DNA of 64,000 nucleotides from Clostridia bacterium (GCA_050951325.1 JBMNIW010000003.1:192001-256000), one strand, 5' to 3'; shown: positions 19,541 to 29,163, numbered from the stretch's first letter. A program made the numbers and translations. Notes: generated from the sequence alone by a model not told the origin.

Positions 19541-20455
19541 TTAATTTGGTACAATATACTTTTTATTTAATACATCTGCATTTATAGCTATATAATCTGT
19601 TATGTTTATTTCCCCATTATTATTTACATCAGCAGCGGTAAAATATATGCCCTCCAGCTTTTTCTTGTTAAGTAAGTGGGCCCTGACAGCTATCAAATCA
19701 GTTACATTTATCTCTCCGTCACCGTTGGCGTCACCGGTAACACATATTAAATATTCATTTATCTCTCCATTCAGTTCAAACCGTGCTTTCATGCCGGTTC
19801 CCACATATTCTTCTTCATCCACCCTCTTGTCATTCTTGTCAATTATCTCAACATTTAATGCACTTAAACTTTCTGTAAAATCCTTAACTGTGGTATCCTT
19901 ATGTATCTTGGAAAGCAATCTGTCTTCAACACTTATGTTGTAATCCGTTATGTAAATGGAAACAGTATTCATATCAAACTCAAGATTATTAAAATCCTTG
20001 TCTGCAAGAATAACAGAAGACAAATAAATTTCCTTCAAAACATCCACATCTTCTCCAATTACCTCAAGCTGAAAAGAAAACACTTCTCCTCCCTTTTCAA
20101 CCAGTTTAACTACATCCACATAGCTATAGTAAACCTCACTGCTTCCTTTTCTATGACCCATTGTAATAATTGGGGTTCCTTCTTCTGTTTGCAAATGATT
20201 TTGTATTGAATCCTCAACTACAGAAAAAAGACTTGTATCTATTGGGATACAAGCTTCAATAACACCTATATTGTTAGAGCTGTATCCCAATAGAGACACA
20301 GTCACGTCAACCAAATCGCCGTAACTGGCTAAACTTTTGTTCAGGGATACACTTACGGACAAACTTTCTTCCCCGGCATTCGTTTCACATAGTGGAAACA
20401 GCAGTATTGAAACTATTAAAACAACAACAAATACATTACCAGCCTTTGTTCGCAC
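19541..20455 (-). CDS. Secreted protein: cohesin-like domain, X module and dockerin
   Basis: Duplicated Ca-binding loops GDANGDGEINVTD and ADVNNNGEINITD, preceded by a ...VGTG module. N-terminal GDLVDVTV / IDTSLFSVV / VFSFQLEV beta-sandwich. Confidence 0.78.
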   Translation of the reverse strand: MRTKAGNVFVVVLIVSILLFPLCETNAGEESLSVSVSLNKSLASYGDLVDVTVSLLGYSSNNIGVIEACIPIDTSLFSVVEDSIQNHLQTEEGTPIITMGHRKGSSEVYYSYVDVVKLVEKGGEVFSFQLEVIGEDVDVLKEIYLSSVILADKDFNNLEFDMNTVSIYITDYNISVEDRLLSKIHKDTTVKDFTESLSALNVEIIDKNDKRVDEEEYVGTGMKARFELNGEINEYLICVTGDANGDGEINVTDLIAVRAHLLNKKKLEGIYFTAADVNNNGEINITDYIAINADVLNKKYIVPN

Positions 20456-21098
20456 CGAAAAACTCCCTTGTCAGTCTCTTTGGTTCGCCGTACTGTTTTC
20501 CTTTAAGCTTAAGATAAACACTTTCTATAAAGATGGGATATACCGGCTCATATCCCAAAGCTCTTCCAACATTCTTGACTCTGCTAATCTCATCCAGTAG
20601 CTCGAGTCCCTTGGTCACACGTCCGAATGCGGCAAACTTGCCATCGTATTCTTCGGTGTCGTCAAGCTGAATGAAAAAGTCTCCAACAGCAGAATCATAA
20701 CTGGCAGCATATCTTGACATGGCGACTACTCCTCGTTCAAACTTAATATCGTTCTGGGTGAATCCATTTTCCTTGAACTCTCCCTTTATCGCATATCTCA
20801 CGCCACCAAGCTGGACATTTTTGGGATCCCCAATCTCCACCAGCTTGTCGGGTCTGACCTGACATATTTGGATTCCATCGTAGAATCCAAGATTTGCAAG
20901 ATATATTATGTTTTTCACCGTATTTGGTGCCTTGTCGGGATACATCTCAATTTCAATAATACCCTCAATACCGAACCTTTCGCTCTTAATGTTAAGCACC
21001 AATACTGGATTGTCATTTTTTTCTTTTGAACATCCGGTAGCCAATGTAACCAGAATTACAACTGCCATACAAAAGGCCAGAAACTTTTTCATAAACAC
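20436..21098 (-). CDS. Cyclophilin-fold lipoprotein with degenerate active site
   Basis: Lipobox LATG-C, PDKAPNTVKN, GFYDG, GVVAMSR, AAFGRV. Confidence 0.85.
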   Translation of the reverse strand: MFMKKFLAFCMAVVILVTLATGCSKEKNDNPVLVLNIKSERFGIEGIIEIEMYPDKAPNTVKNIIYLANLGFYDGIQICQVRPDKLVEIGDPKNVQLGGVRYAIKGEFKENGFTQNDIKFERGVVAMSRYAASYDSAVGDFFIQLDDTEEYDGKFAAFGRVTKGLELLDEISRVKNVGRALGYEPVYPIFIESVYLKLKGKQYGEPKRLTREFFGANKGW

Positions 21099-21106
21099 AT
21101 CCCCAA

Positions 21107-21697
21107 TTATTCTTTACCCATTCTTCTTCTTAGAACTTCCTCTCTTGCCACTGAGTAACCAAAAAAACCCAATCTTTTGTCCAAGGCAAAATACTCACCA
21201 TGAGCATATGATATCAAATTAGCCTTGGCTAAATCAAGCTTCCCTTTATCATCCGACAAGGACGCATCTGTATAAACTGCAACGACCTCCCCAATAAACA
21301 TATCATGGGAACCCAGGGATACAACTTCCTTAACCTCACACTCAATGTTTACAGGGCTTTCTTTAATCAATGGAACCCCAGTAATGTCACCGTAGAACTT
21401 AGTGAAGTTGCATTCCTTGAATTTGTCAATTTCCTTACCGGACTTGACACCGCACCAATCTGCTCTTTCTACAATATCAGTAGACACCAAATTCACACCA
21501 AAAGTCTTGTGTTTGTTAATAATATCGTAGGAATATCTCTGTCTTCTGACAGAAATCGATATCATTGGTGGCTCTGAATTTACAGTACCCACCCAGGCTA
21601 CAGTTATGATATTCGAAACACTTTTGTCTCCCAGCGATACCATAACTACCGGCACAGGACTTAGCAATGTTGATGGTTTGAATTTGATTTTATCCAT
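21107..21697 (-). CDS. Flavin reductase family protein
   Basis: PVPVVMV, NIITVAW, CGVKSG, IECEV, LGSHDMFIGEV. Confidence 0.9.
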   Translation of the reverse strand: MDKIKFKPSTLLSPVPVVMVSLGDKSVSNIITVAWVGTVNSEPPMISISVRRQRYSYDIINKHKTFGVNLVSTDIVERADWCGVKSGKEIDKFKECNFTKFYGDITGVPLIKESPVNIECEVKEVVSLGSHDMFIGEVVAVYTDASLSDDKGKLDLAKANLISYAHGEYFALDKRLGFFGYSVAREEVLRRRMGKE

Positions 21698-21759
21698 TTA
21701 AACCACTCCTTTCGGTACAGATATATTATATAACATTTACCGAAATAGTAAAACATCTT

Positions 21760-22311
21760 TCATATATCTCCAAGTATCTCTGAAACCTTGGTATTAACAA
21801 AGGTTTTCAACCATATCAGAACCTCATACGTTGTTATTGGCACATCCTCCAGTTCCTTTTTGATTTCCATGGTTGATATTGCAGCACTTCCCATTAAATT
21901 CTCAAGCCTTAGCACATAATCAATTTCTGGCTTTGACATAATCAATGTCTGAAAAGTTTCCCCTATATCTCCAAGTGGGAGTCTGTCAATATGCGAAACA
22001 ACCATTTTCCCTTTAATGGTTGTTCCCTCTTTCCTTCTTGATACAATTTCGACGTGCCCACCCGTCATTTCACATGCCTGTTTGAAAAAAGGAATCCCGA
22101 GGCCAACATTTCTTGTAGTTCTGCCGGTTGTAAAAGGATCCACAACCTTCGAAAGCATTTCGCTGTCCATGCCTACACCATTATCCGTTATGCTTACTAT
22201 AAGTTCGTCCTTGTCAAAGTCAACTTTTATCAATATGTCAATTCTGCTTGCTTGCGCTTTGATTGAATTTTCACAAAGATCCATAATGTGCAGTGAAATA
22301 TCTCTCAGCAT
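21760..22311 (-). CDS. Stand-alone histidine kinase-like ATPase (HATPase_c)
   Basis: LHIMDLCENS, ITDNGVGM, DPFTT, GLGIP. Confidence 0.88.
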   Translation of the reverse strand: MLRDISLHIMDLCENSIKAQASRIDILIKVDFDKDELIVSITDNGVGMDSEMLSKVVDPFTTGRTTRNVGLGIPFFKQACEMTGGHVEIVSRRKEGTTIKGKMVVSHIDRLPLGDIGETFQTLIMSKPEIDYVLRLENLMGSAAISTMEIKKELEDVPITTYEVLIWLKTFVNTKVSEILGDI

Positions 22312-23045
22312 GGTTCTGTCCTTTCATAAATAATTCTATTATTCTTAAGAGCTTCAATAACACTTTTGGCATCAAGCCGTTCACATTCAAGATACATGTC
22401 ATGTTTGTCTATTTGTGTTAAATCATGACTGTCTGACGCCTTTAATAGATTATATTTTTTTAGTTGCGGATATTTCTCAATTATGTCGGATTTGCAATCA
22501 ATGGATATTTCAACAAATTTGTAAGGATAATCAAACGGTATGAAGGCCAGCTGGGAAAACACGCTGTAGGAATCCCGGTCCACATGAGCAGGATAAGCAA
22601 TACCCCCAAAACCTTCTATCATTGAAAAAACATCATCTATCCCTATATCCGTAGCACATAGGAGCATGTCGTCATACTCGCCGATTATCTCGTCTTCCTC
22701 GTCAAACATTAGCTGTCTTCCAAATATATCGGGATTGTTTTTTAATCCCGTCATTGACTTATGCACCACGCCCTGGAAATCAAGAACCTGCTCCAATGTT
22801 TCGAAAAGACATACAACGTGCACCTCTTCCCTTGTTTCAAGCTCCATTCCAGGAATAACAAGCACATCAAACTGTTCGCCATACTTTATTGCAGGACGCA
22901 CATTCAATGCAATATTGTGGTCCGTTATTGCAATCGCATCAAGGCCGGCAAGAGACGCCATGGCTACTATGTTGCCAGGGGTCATGTCTTCGTCCGCACA
23001 TGGTGACAAGGCGGTATGAATATGCAAATCCGCATAGACTTTCAT
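22305..23045 (-). CDS. PHP domain phosphoesterase
   Basis: DLHIHT, AITDHN, PGME, PAHVDR, SDSH. Confidence 0.9.
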   Translation of the reverse strand: MKVYADLHIHTALSPCADEDMTPGNIVAMASLAGLDAIAITDHNIALNVRPAIKYGEQFDVLVIPGMELETREEVHVVCLFETLEQVLDFQGVVHKSMTGLKNNPDIFGRQLMFDEEDEIIGEYDDMLLCATDIGIDDVFSMIEGFGGIAYPAHVDRDSYSVFSQLAFIPFDYPYKFVEISIDCKSDIIEKYPQLKKYNLLKASDSHDLTQIDKHDMYLECERLDAKSVIEALKNNRIIYERTEPC

Positions 23046-23365
23046 ATCAATTTGCTTGATTTTATAATTATCTCAGCAGTCGGCATGGATGAGCCCAGCA
23101 ATGTCACGCCATTTTCCCTGGCTTTTTTCACTACCTGCTCATCTGCCTTAACACCTTCTGCAAGAACAATGCAAGCAACTTCGGCAAGAGAAGCCACTGC
23201 AACTATATTAACATTGTTCATGACAGTCACCCAAAGATCTCCGGTCTTTGCGTGAGATATAACCCAGCTTAAGAGGTCGCATGCATAAATCCCTGTTATT
23301 TCTTTTTCTCCATCGCCTGTTATCAAAGTCATTCCCAGCTCTTCAACCAAAGTCTTAACCTTCAT
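23042..23365 (-). CDS. DRTGG domain protein
   Basis: GIYACDLLSWV, WVTVMNNVNIVAVASL. Confidence 0.85.
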   Translation of the reverse strand: MKVKTLVEELGMTLITGDGEKEITGIYACDLLSWVISHAKTGDLWVTVMNNVNIVAVASLAEVACIVLAEGVKADEQVVKKARENGVTLLGSSMPTAEIIIKSSKLI

Positions 23366-24690
23366 ATATCTCCATCCTTCTTGTTCTCCTCTCCTATAAC
23401 AGGAGGCATCCTGCTCTCCAAAGCCATCATTTCTTCAGCAAGCTTTCTTACCTTCCTTCTAAGAACGAATATGCAGTCAGTAATGTCTGCAATCCCCCTC
23501 ACTATATCTTCAGCAAGAGCCTTGCAGCTTGGAGCACCACAAGCTCCGCAGTCCAGTGCAGGTAATTCATCACACAGACTTACCATCCTGTCATACTTTC
23601 TCATTGCCTCTGATATGTCGGTATCCAGTTTTGTAACATCTTTATGTATAATTGGGCAGTCAAACTCATACTCTTCCATTTCAGAATCAGCTATGGACAA
23701 TCCATGAGAAGGCAGGGATTCTTTAAACTTTTTGGTTCTTGCCGTTGCAACAAACATATTCTCCACAGCCAGCGGACCTCCCAGACATCCACCTGTACAT
23801 GCAGAGGCTTCTATAAAATCCACATCTTCAATACTGTCATTTTCAAGTTCCTCAAATATTTTAATAACATTGTGAATACCATCAACGGCAAGTATCTTTT
23901 CAGTATTAAGAGCAACAGCCTCTCCTCCGTCAGCAGCCCAACGGACACCCTTGTATCCAGCCTGATTACTGTCTGGCAATTCCTCATCTTTTATCTTAGC
24001 CAGCTGCTTGAACATCCTGAAGTAAACCGTCTTTATTGACAATACACCGTCCACATTGGATTTGCTAATACCAATAGGAGACTTTACAGCTGTCATTTTA
24101 GCCGCACACGGGGATATAAAGAAAACTCCCACCTCGGAAGGAGAAACATTATGCTCCTCGCAAAATTCTTTTTTTGCATTGATAGCGGCCATCTCCATTG
24201 GCGACTTTATCTTAAGCAGGTTGGGTATCAAATTAGGGTAATTTAGCTGAATCAGCTTAACAACCGCAGGACATGCCGATGATATTACGGGTCTTTGATA
24301 CGATTCCGTTTTCAATATTTTATTCGTAATTGATGTTACAATTTCAGCGCCTCTTGCCACTTCATACACATAATCAAATCCCAACATTTGCAGAGCCTTG
24401 ATTACATGTTCCTTTGAAGGAGCATTGGCAAACTGCATGTATAAAGAAGGTGCAGGCAAGGCAATTCTATACTTGAATTTAGACAAGTCGTCCCATGTGT
24501 CTGTTTGTGCAATCTTTGCCTTGTAAGGGCATGTTCTCAGACACTCTCCACAATCAATACACTTTTCATTTATTATTATGGCTTTTCCATTTCTGACCCG
24601 TATGGCTTCCGTTGGGCATTTCTTTATACAATTGGTGCAACCCTTGCACAATTTATTATCAAGAACTACGGAGTGATAATAGTCATCCAC
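23362..24690 (-). CDS. Atypical, putatively sensory (group D-like) [FeFe]-hydrogenase with 2 N-terminal 4Fe-4S motifs and a C-terminal FeS domain
   Basis: CKGCTNC..CP and CIDCGEC..CP. H-cluster motifs SSACP, SPCAAK, EASACTGGCLGGP. C-terminal LPALDCGACGAPSC. GTG start after AGGAGG. Confidence 0.85.
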   Translation of the reverse strand: MDDYYHSVVLDNKLCKGCTNCIKKCPTEAIRVRNGKAIIINEKCIDCGECLRTCPYKAKIAQTDTWDDLSKFKYRIALPAPSLYMQFANAPSKEHVIKALQMLGFDYVYEVARGAEIVTSITNKILKTESYQRPVISSACPAVVKLIQLNYPNLIPNLLKIKSPMEMAAINAKKEFCEEHNVSPSEVGVFFISPCAAKMTAVKSPIGISKSNVDGVLSIKTVYFRMFKQLAKIKDEELPDSNQAGYKGVRWAADGGEAVALNTEKILAVDGIHNVIKIFEELENDSIEDVDFIEASACTGGCLGGPLAVENMFVATARTKKFKESLPSHGLSIADSEMEEYEFDCPIIHKDVTKLDTDISEAMRKYDRMVSLCDELPALDCGACGAPSCKALAEDIVRGIADITDCIFVLRRKVRKLAEEMMALESRMPPVIGEENKKDGDI

Positions 24691-24716
24691 ATTCCCCAAC
24701 CTCCTTTTCACTCACT

Positions 24717-25151
24717 TCAGGACAGGTATACGGTAATCGTTACAACAGTACCGACACCTACTTCACTTTCAACAGCAAGATCATCTGCATATCTTTTCAT
24801 GTTAGGCAAGCCCATGCCAGCTCCAAATCCCATTTCTCTAATATGTTCCGGGGCTGTGGACCATCCTTCCATCATGGCTTTCTCAATATCAGGAATTCCG
24901 GGGCCATTGTCGGATATTTTAACCATCAACTTTTCTGGAGTTATTTCAACGTATGCTTCTCCACCACTTGCGTGGATTACCGTATTTATTTCCGCCTCGT
25001 ACATGGCAATTGTAAAGCGCTTAATAAGTTCATGTCTTATTCCCAGCTTGTTGAGCGTCTTTTTTACATGGCTGGAGGCTTCTCCAGCTGAGATAAAATC
25101 TTCTGCAGCAATGGTGTAACGCAGTGTAACTTTCTGCCCACTCAATCCCAT
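24717..25151 (-). CDS. Anti-sigma-factor-type Ser/Thr kinase (RsbT/SpoIIAB-like)
   Basis: YEAEINTVIH, DNGPGI, GFGAGMGLPN. Confidence 0.88.
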   Translation of the reverse strand: MGLSGQKVTLRYTIAAEDFISAGEASSHVKKTLNKLGIRHELIKRFTIAMYEAEINTVIHASGGEAYVEITPEKLMVKISDNGPGIPDIEKAMMEGWSTAPEHIREMGFGAGMGLPNMKRYADDLAVESEVGVGTVVTITVYLS

Positions 25152-25495
25152 ACCCCCCGTCCCGTTAGTCCCGCCTTGTACAAAAGACCGCAGGCAATAA
25201 ACATGGGGTTTTTAGTAGATAATATGGTAATACCTTTTGATTTGGCAAGTTCAATAATCTGTTCCGTTGGCTGTTTGCCTCGTACAAAACAAACAACCTT
25301 TATATCCATCATTTCAGCCGTTCTTACAACCTGCACGTTTATGAGGCCAGTAAGCAATATGACATTGTCTTTGACAAAAGCCATTACATCGCTCATCAGG
25401 TCTGCTCCGCAACCTGCCTGTATGTCAAGTTCAAGATTTTCCTCACCAGTCAAAATTTCTGCATCCAAGGTTTTTACAATATCTCTGACAAGCAT
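25142..25495 (-). CDS. DRTGG domain protein
   Basis: GADLMSDVMA, LLTGL, RTAEMMD, VRGK. ATG 25495 after GAGGAG. Confidence 0.85.
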   Translation of the reverse strand: MLVRDIVKTLDAEILTGEENLELDIQAGCGADLMSDVMAFVKDNVILLTGLINVQVVRTAEMMDIKVVCFVRGKQPTEQIIELAKSKGITILSTKNPMFIACGLLYKAGLTGRGVWD

Positions 25496-25512
25496 AAGTT
25501 CTCCTCTCAATA

Positions 25513-25550
25513 GTAAAATAGGGTTGTAGCTTGATACCAAGCTACAGCCC
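25513..25550 (-). terminator. Hairpin/terminator between hydrogenase catalytic genes and signalling block
   Basis: GGGCTGTAGCTTG-GTAT-CAAGCTACAACCC followed by TATTTT. Confidence 0.75.
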
Positions 25551-25572
25551 TTATATTATCATACAATTTCAC

Positions 25573-27330
25573 TTAGTTATCAAGGGGATAGTTAGCTCTC
25601 TGCTGATAGGTTGTATGCAGATCATGGTGAGCCTTTTCGCTTCCAGGTTCTCCATAATACTCGCCGTAGAGTTTCTTGATAAACGGATTATCATGGGACT
25701 TTCTGATTGGCAGAGACCTGTCTTCAGCGTAAATCGCCTTGGTTCTTTCAACTCTAAGGTCAATCCAGCTCCTAACTTCTGATGGCTGGATTATCTGTCC
25801 ACCACCATTTACGCATCCGCCTGGGCATGCCATGATTTCAATAAAATCATACTCAGCCTCGCCTGCACGGATTCTGTCAAGAACCTTCCTCGCATTTCCA
25901 AGACCGTGAACTACACAAGCTCTTATCACTTTGCCGGCAACTTCAATCTGAGCTTCTTTGATTCCTTGAACACCTCTTACCTCGGTGTACTCAATCTTGT
26001 CCTCAGGCAGCGACTCTCCACTTAGGATATCGGCAACTGTCCTAAGAGCAGCCTCCATAACACCGCCTGTTGCGCCGAAGATGACTCCCGCACCGGATGC
26101 ATCTCCAATAGGATCGTCGAAGGTTTCGTCTTCGAGGTTAACAAAATCTATACCAGCTTCGTCAATCATTTGAGCAAGCTCTCTTGTAGTCAGTACATAA
26201 TCAACATCAGGATATCCTGCTGCTGAAAGCTCAGGTCTGCCCGCCTCAAACTTCTTGGCAGTGCATGGCATGATTGATACAACTACAATCTTTTCCGGTT
26301 CTATGTTCATTTTCTTTGCATAGTATGTCTTAAGCACTGCACCAAACATTTCATGTGGTGATTTGCAGCTTGACAAATTGTCCAGGAAATCAGGATAGTT
26401 GTGCTCGCAGAACTTAATCCATCCAGGACTGCAGGATGTAATGAGCGGCAGTTTACCGCCATTCTGCATTCTCTGCAGAAGCTCTGTACCTTCCTCCATT
26501 ATTGTCAGGTCGGCAGCTGTATCAGTATCAAATACCTTGTCAAAACCAAGCTTCTTAAGCGCGCTAACCATTTTGCCTGTTGGACGTGAACCTAATGGCA
26601 TTCCAAAAGCTTCACCTATTGATACTCTGACAGCAGGAGCAGTCTGAACAACAACATACTTGTCAGGGTCGTTGATTGCAGACCAAACCTTTTCGATGTC
26701 GCTCTTCTCATAGATTGCACCAACCGGGCATACATTTATGCACTGTCCGCAGTTTACGCATGGAGTGTTGGCAAGAGGTATGTCAAACGCAGTACCAATC
26801 TTGGTATCGAAACCTCTGCTGACAGTCTCTAAAACGCTTACAGTCTGAACATTCTGACAAACACTTACACATCTTCTGCAAAGTATGCATTTGTTGTTGT
26901 CCCTTACAATTGAAGGTGACAAATTATCTATATCATGTTCTGTCTGTTCGCCCTTATAGCGTATATCTCTTATGTTCAATTCCTTTGACAACTTTTGAAG
27001 CTCGCAATTGTTAGACCTTACACAAGTGAGGCACTCCCTGTCATGATTTGAGAGTATGAGCTCCAAAGTAACTTTTCTGGCTCTTCTTACCTTGTCGGAG
27101 TTGGTCTTTATTTCAAGACCTTCCGCTACAGGATAAACACATGCAGCCTGAAGAGCCCTTGCACCTTTAACTTCCACAACGCACATTCTGCAGGCACCAA
27201 TTTCATTGATGTCCTTCAGGAAGCACAGCGTTGGGATGCGTATATTTGCTTGTCTGGCAGCTTCCAGTATGGTAGTGCCTTCAGGCACCTGCATATTCAT
27301 GCCATCTATCGTTATATTAACCATTTTCAT
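25573..27330 (-). CDS. hydA: NAD(P)H-dependent [FeFe]-hydrogenase catalytic subunit (HydA/HndD)
   Basis: N-terminal 2Fe-2S, His-ligated and 2x 4Fe-4S motifs. H-cluster motifs TSCSPGW, MPCTAKK, EIMACPGGC. Confidence 0.95.
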   Translation of the reverse strand: MKMVNITIDGMNMQVPEGTTILEAARQANIRIPTLCFLKDINEIGACRMCVVEVKGARALQAACVYPVAEGLEIKTNSDKVRRARKVTLELILSNHDRECLTCVRSNNCELQKLSKELNIRDIRYKGEQTEHDIDNLSPSIVRDNNKCILCRRCVSVCQNVQTVSVLETVSRGFDTKIGTAFDIPLANTPCVNCGQCINVCPVGAIYEKSDIEKVWSAINDPDKYVVVQTAPAVRVSIGEAFGMPLGSRPTGKMVSALKKLGFDKVFDTDTAADLTIMEEGTELLQRMQNGGKLPLITSCSPGWIKFCEHNYPDFLDNLSSCKSPHEMFGAVLKTYYAKKMNIEPEKIVVVSIMPCTAKKFEAGRPELSAAGYPDVDYVLTTRELAQMIDEAGIDFVNLEDETFDDPIGDASGAGVIFGATGGVMEAALRTVADILSGESLPEDKIEYTEVRGVQGIKEAQIEVAGKVIRACVVHGLGNARKVLDRIRAGEAEYDFIEIMACPGGCVNGGGQIIQPSEVRSWIDLRVERTKAIYAEDRSLPIRKSHDNPFIKKLYGEYYGEPGSEKAHHDLHTTYQQRANYPLDN

Positions 27331-27351
27331 AGTGTAATCCTCTTTCCTCCT

Positions 27352-29142
27352 TTACTCTCTGACAACCGCATCAAATTTGCATTTCTCCATGCAAACTCCG
27401 CACTTTATGCATTTGCTTTCGTCTATTACATAAGGCTTTTTGATTTCACCGCTTATGCAATTTGCAGGACAATGTCTTGCACAAAGGCTGCATCCTCTGC
27501 ACTTATCCGCAATGATTCTGTAGCGAAGCAGCGATTTGCATACGCCTGCAGGACATCTCTTTTCAACAACATGCGCAATATATTCGTCCTTGAAATATTG
27601 CAGTGTGCTAAGAATCGGATTTGGTGCGGTTTGTCCAAGGCCGCACAGGGCACTTGACTGAATGCCTTCTGCCAGTTCATACAAATCATCTATATCAGAA
27701 AGCTCACCATTACCATTTGTTATTTTCTCAAGAATGTCATACATTCTCTTTGTACCGATTCTGCATGGAGGACACTTTCCACAGGACTCTTCAACTGTAA
27801 ACCCAAGGAAGAATTTTGCAATGTCTACCATGCATGTATCCTCGTCCATTACAATAAGTCCACCCGAACCCATCATTGAACCGATCTTAATCAGTGAATC
27901 GTAATCAATTGGGGTGTCGATCAAGCTTGCTGGTATGCATCCGCCGGATGGACCGCCGGTTTGAGCTGCCTTGAACTTCTTGCCGCCTGGGATTCCTCCA
28001 CCAATTTCATAAACAACTTCCCTCAAAGTTGTACCCATTGGTATTTCCACAAGACCTGTATTCTTTATCTTTCCACCAACTGCAAATACCTTTGTACCTC
28101 TGCTCTTTTCAGTACCTATCTGCTTGAACCACTCAGGTCCTTTGTTGATGATTACAGGAATGTTGGCATAAGTCTCAACGTTGTTGAGAATTGTAGGCTT
28201 TTGCCACAAACCTTTGACAGCTGGGAATGGAGGTCTTGGTCTTGGCTCTCCACGCATTCCTTCAATACTTGTCATAAGAGCAGTTTCCTCTCCGCAAACG
28301 AAGGCACCAGCACCAAGTACCAGTTCTATATCAAATGAGAAATCGGTTCCAAAAATATTGTCTCCAAGCAGACCATACTCTTTAGCCTGTTTGATTGCGG
28401 TCTTGAGTCTTTGAACTGCTATTGGATATTCGGCTCTGACATAAATATATCCCTTGTTGGCACCAATTGCATATCCAGCTATAGCCATAGCTTCAAGCAC
28501 TACATGGGGGTCGCCCTCAAGGATACTTCTATCCATAAATGCTCCTGGGTCGCCTTCGTCGGCGTTGCAGCATACATATTTCTGATCTGATACGCTTCTG
28601 CGTGCAAACTCCCATTTCCTTCCTGTTGGGAAGCCAGCTCCACCCCTGCCGCGCAAACCTGAATCAAGGATTGTTTGGATAACATCTTCAGGGGTCATTT
28701 CAGTAAGAACCTTGCCAAGAGCCATATAGCCATCCTCAGCTATGTATTCTTCGATAGACTCCGGATTTATCTTACCGCAATTTCTAAGAGCAATTCTAAA
28801 CTGCTTCTTGAAGAAATCTGTCTGCTCTGCATCGGTATCCACTTCTGGAGCGTCAGCGCCTTCCAAAAGTCTCTTTACGATACGACCTTTTACAAGATGT
28901 TCCTCAACTATCTCCTTGATATCTTCCTTGGTTACCCTGCAGTACATGCAACCTTCAGGATATATTACCACTATGGGTCCTTCCGCACACAGACCAAAGC
29001 AACCTGTCTTGACAATCTTTATCTCATTTTCTATGTTGGCTTCCTTGATGCACTTTTCAAATTCATCCATCAATCCTATGGAACCTGATGAAGTGCAGCC
29101 GGTTCCACCACAAATGAGCACATGTGCTCTATATATCTGCAT
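27352..29142 (-). CDS. hydB: Hydrogenase NADH/FMN-binding subunit (HydB/HndC, NuoF-like)
   Basis: GLRGRGGAGFP, NADEGDPG, GAFVCGEETAL, ESCGKCPPCR, C-terminal 2x 4Fe-4S. Confidence 0.95.
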   Translation of the reverse strand: MQIYRAHVLICGGTGCTSSGSIGLMDEFEKCIKEANIENEIKIVKTGCFGLCAEGPIVVIYPEGCMYCRVTKEDIKEIVEEHLVKGRIVKRLLEGADAPEVDTDAEQTDFFKKQFRIALRNCGKINPESIEEYIAEDGYMALGKVLTEMTPEDVIQTILDSGLRGRGGAGFPTGRKWEFARRSVSDQKYVCCNADEGDPGAFMDRSILEGDPHVVLEAMAIAGYAIGANKGYIYVRAEYPIAVQRLKTAIKQAKEYGLLGDNIFGTDFSFDIELVLGAGAFVCGEETALMTSIEGMRGEPRPRPPFPAVKGLWQKPTILNNVETYANIPVIINKGPEWFKQIGTEKSRGTKVFAVGGKIKNTGLVEIPMGTTLREVVYEIGGGIPGGKKFKAAQTGGPSGGCIPASLIDTPIDYDSLIKIGSMMGSGGLIVMDEDTCMVDIAKFFLGFTVEESCGKCPPCRIGTKRMYDILEKITNGNGELSDIDDLYELAEGIQSSALCGLGQTAPNPILSTLQYFKDEYIAHVVEKRCPAGVCKSLLRYRIIADKCRGCSLCARHCPANCISGEIKKPYVIDESKCIKCGVCMEKCKFDAVVRE

Positions 29143-29163
29143 TACTTATCCTCCTTCAATAGA

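Noticed and set aside
26410-26445. TSCSP instead of TSCCP in HydA as a novelty
   Set aside because: This variant is known among multimeric NAD(P)-linked [FeFe]-hydrogenases
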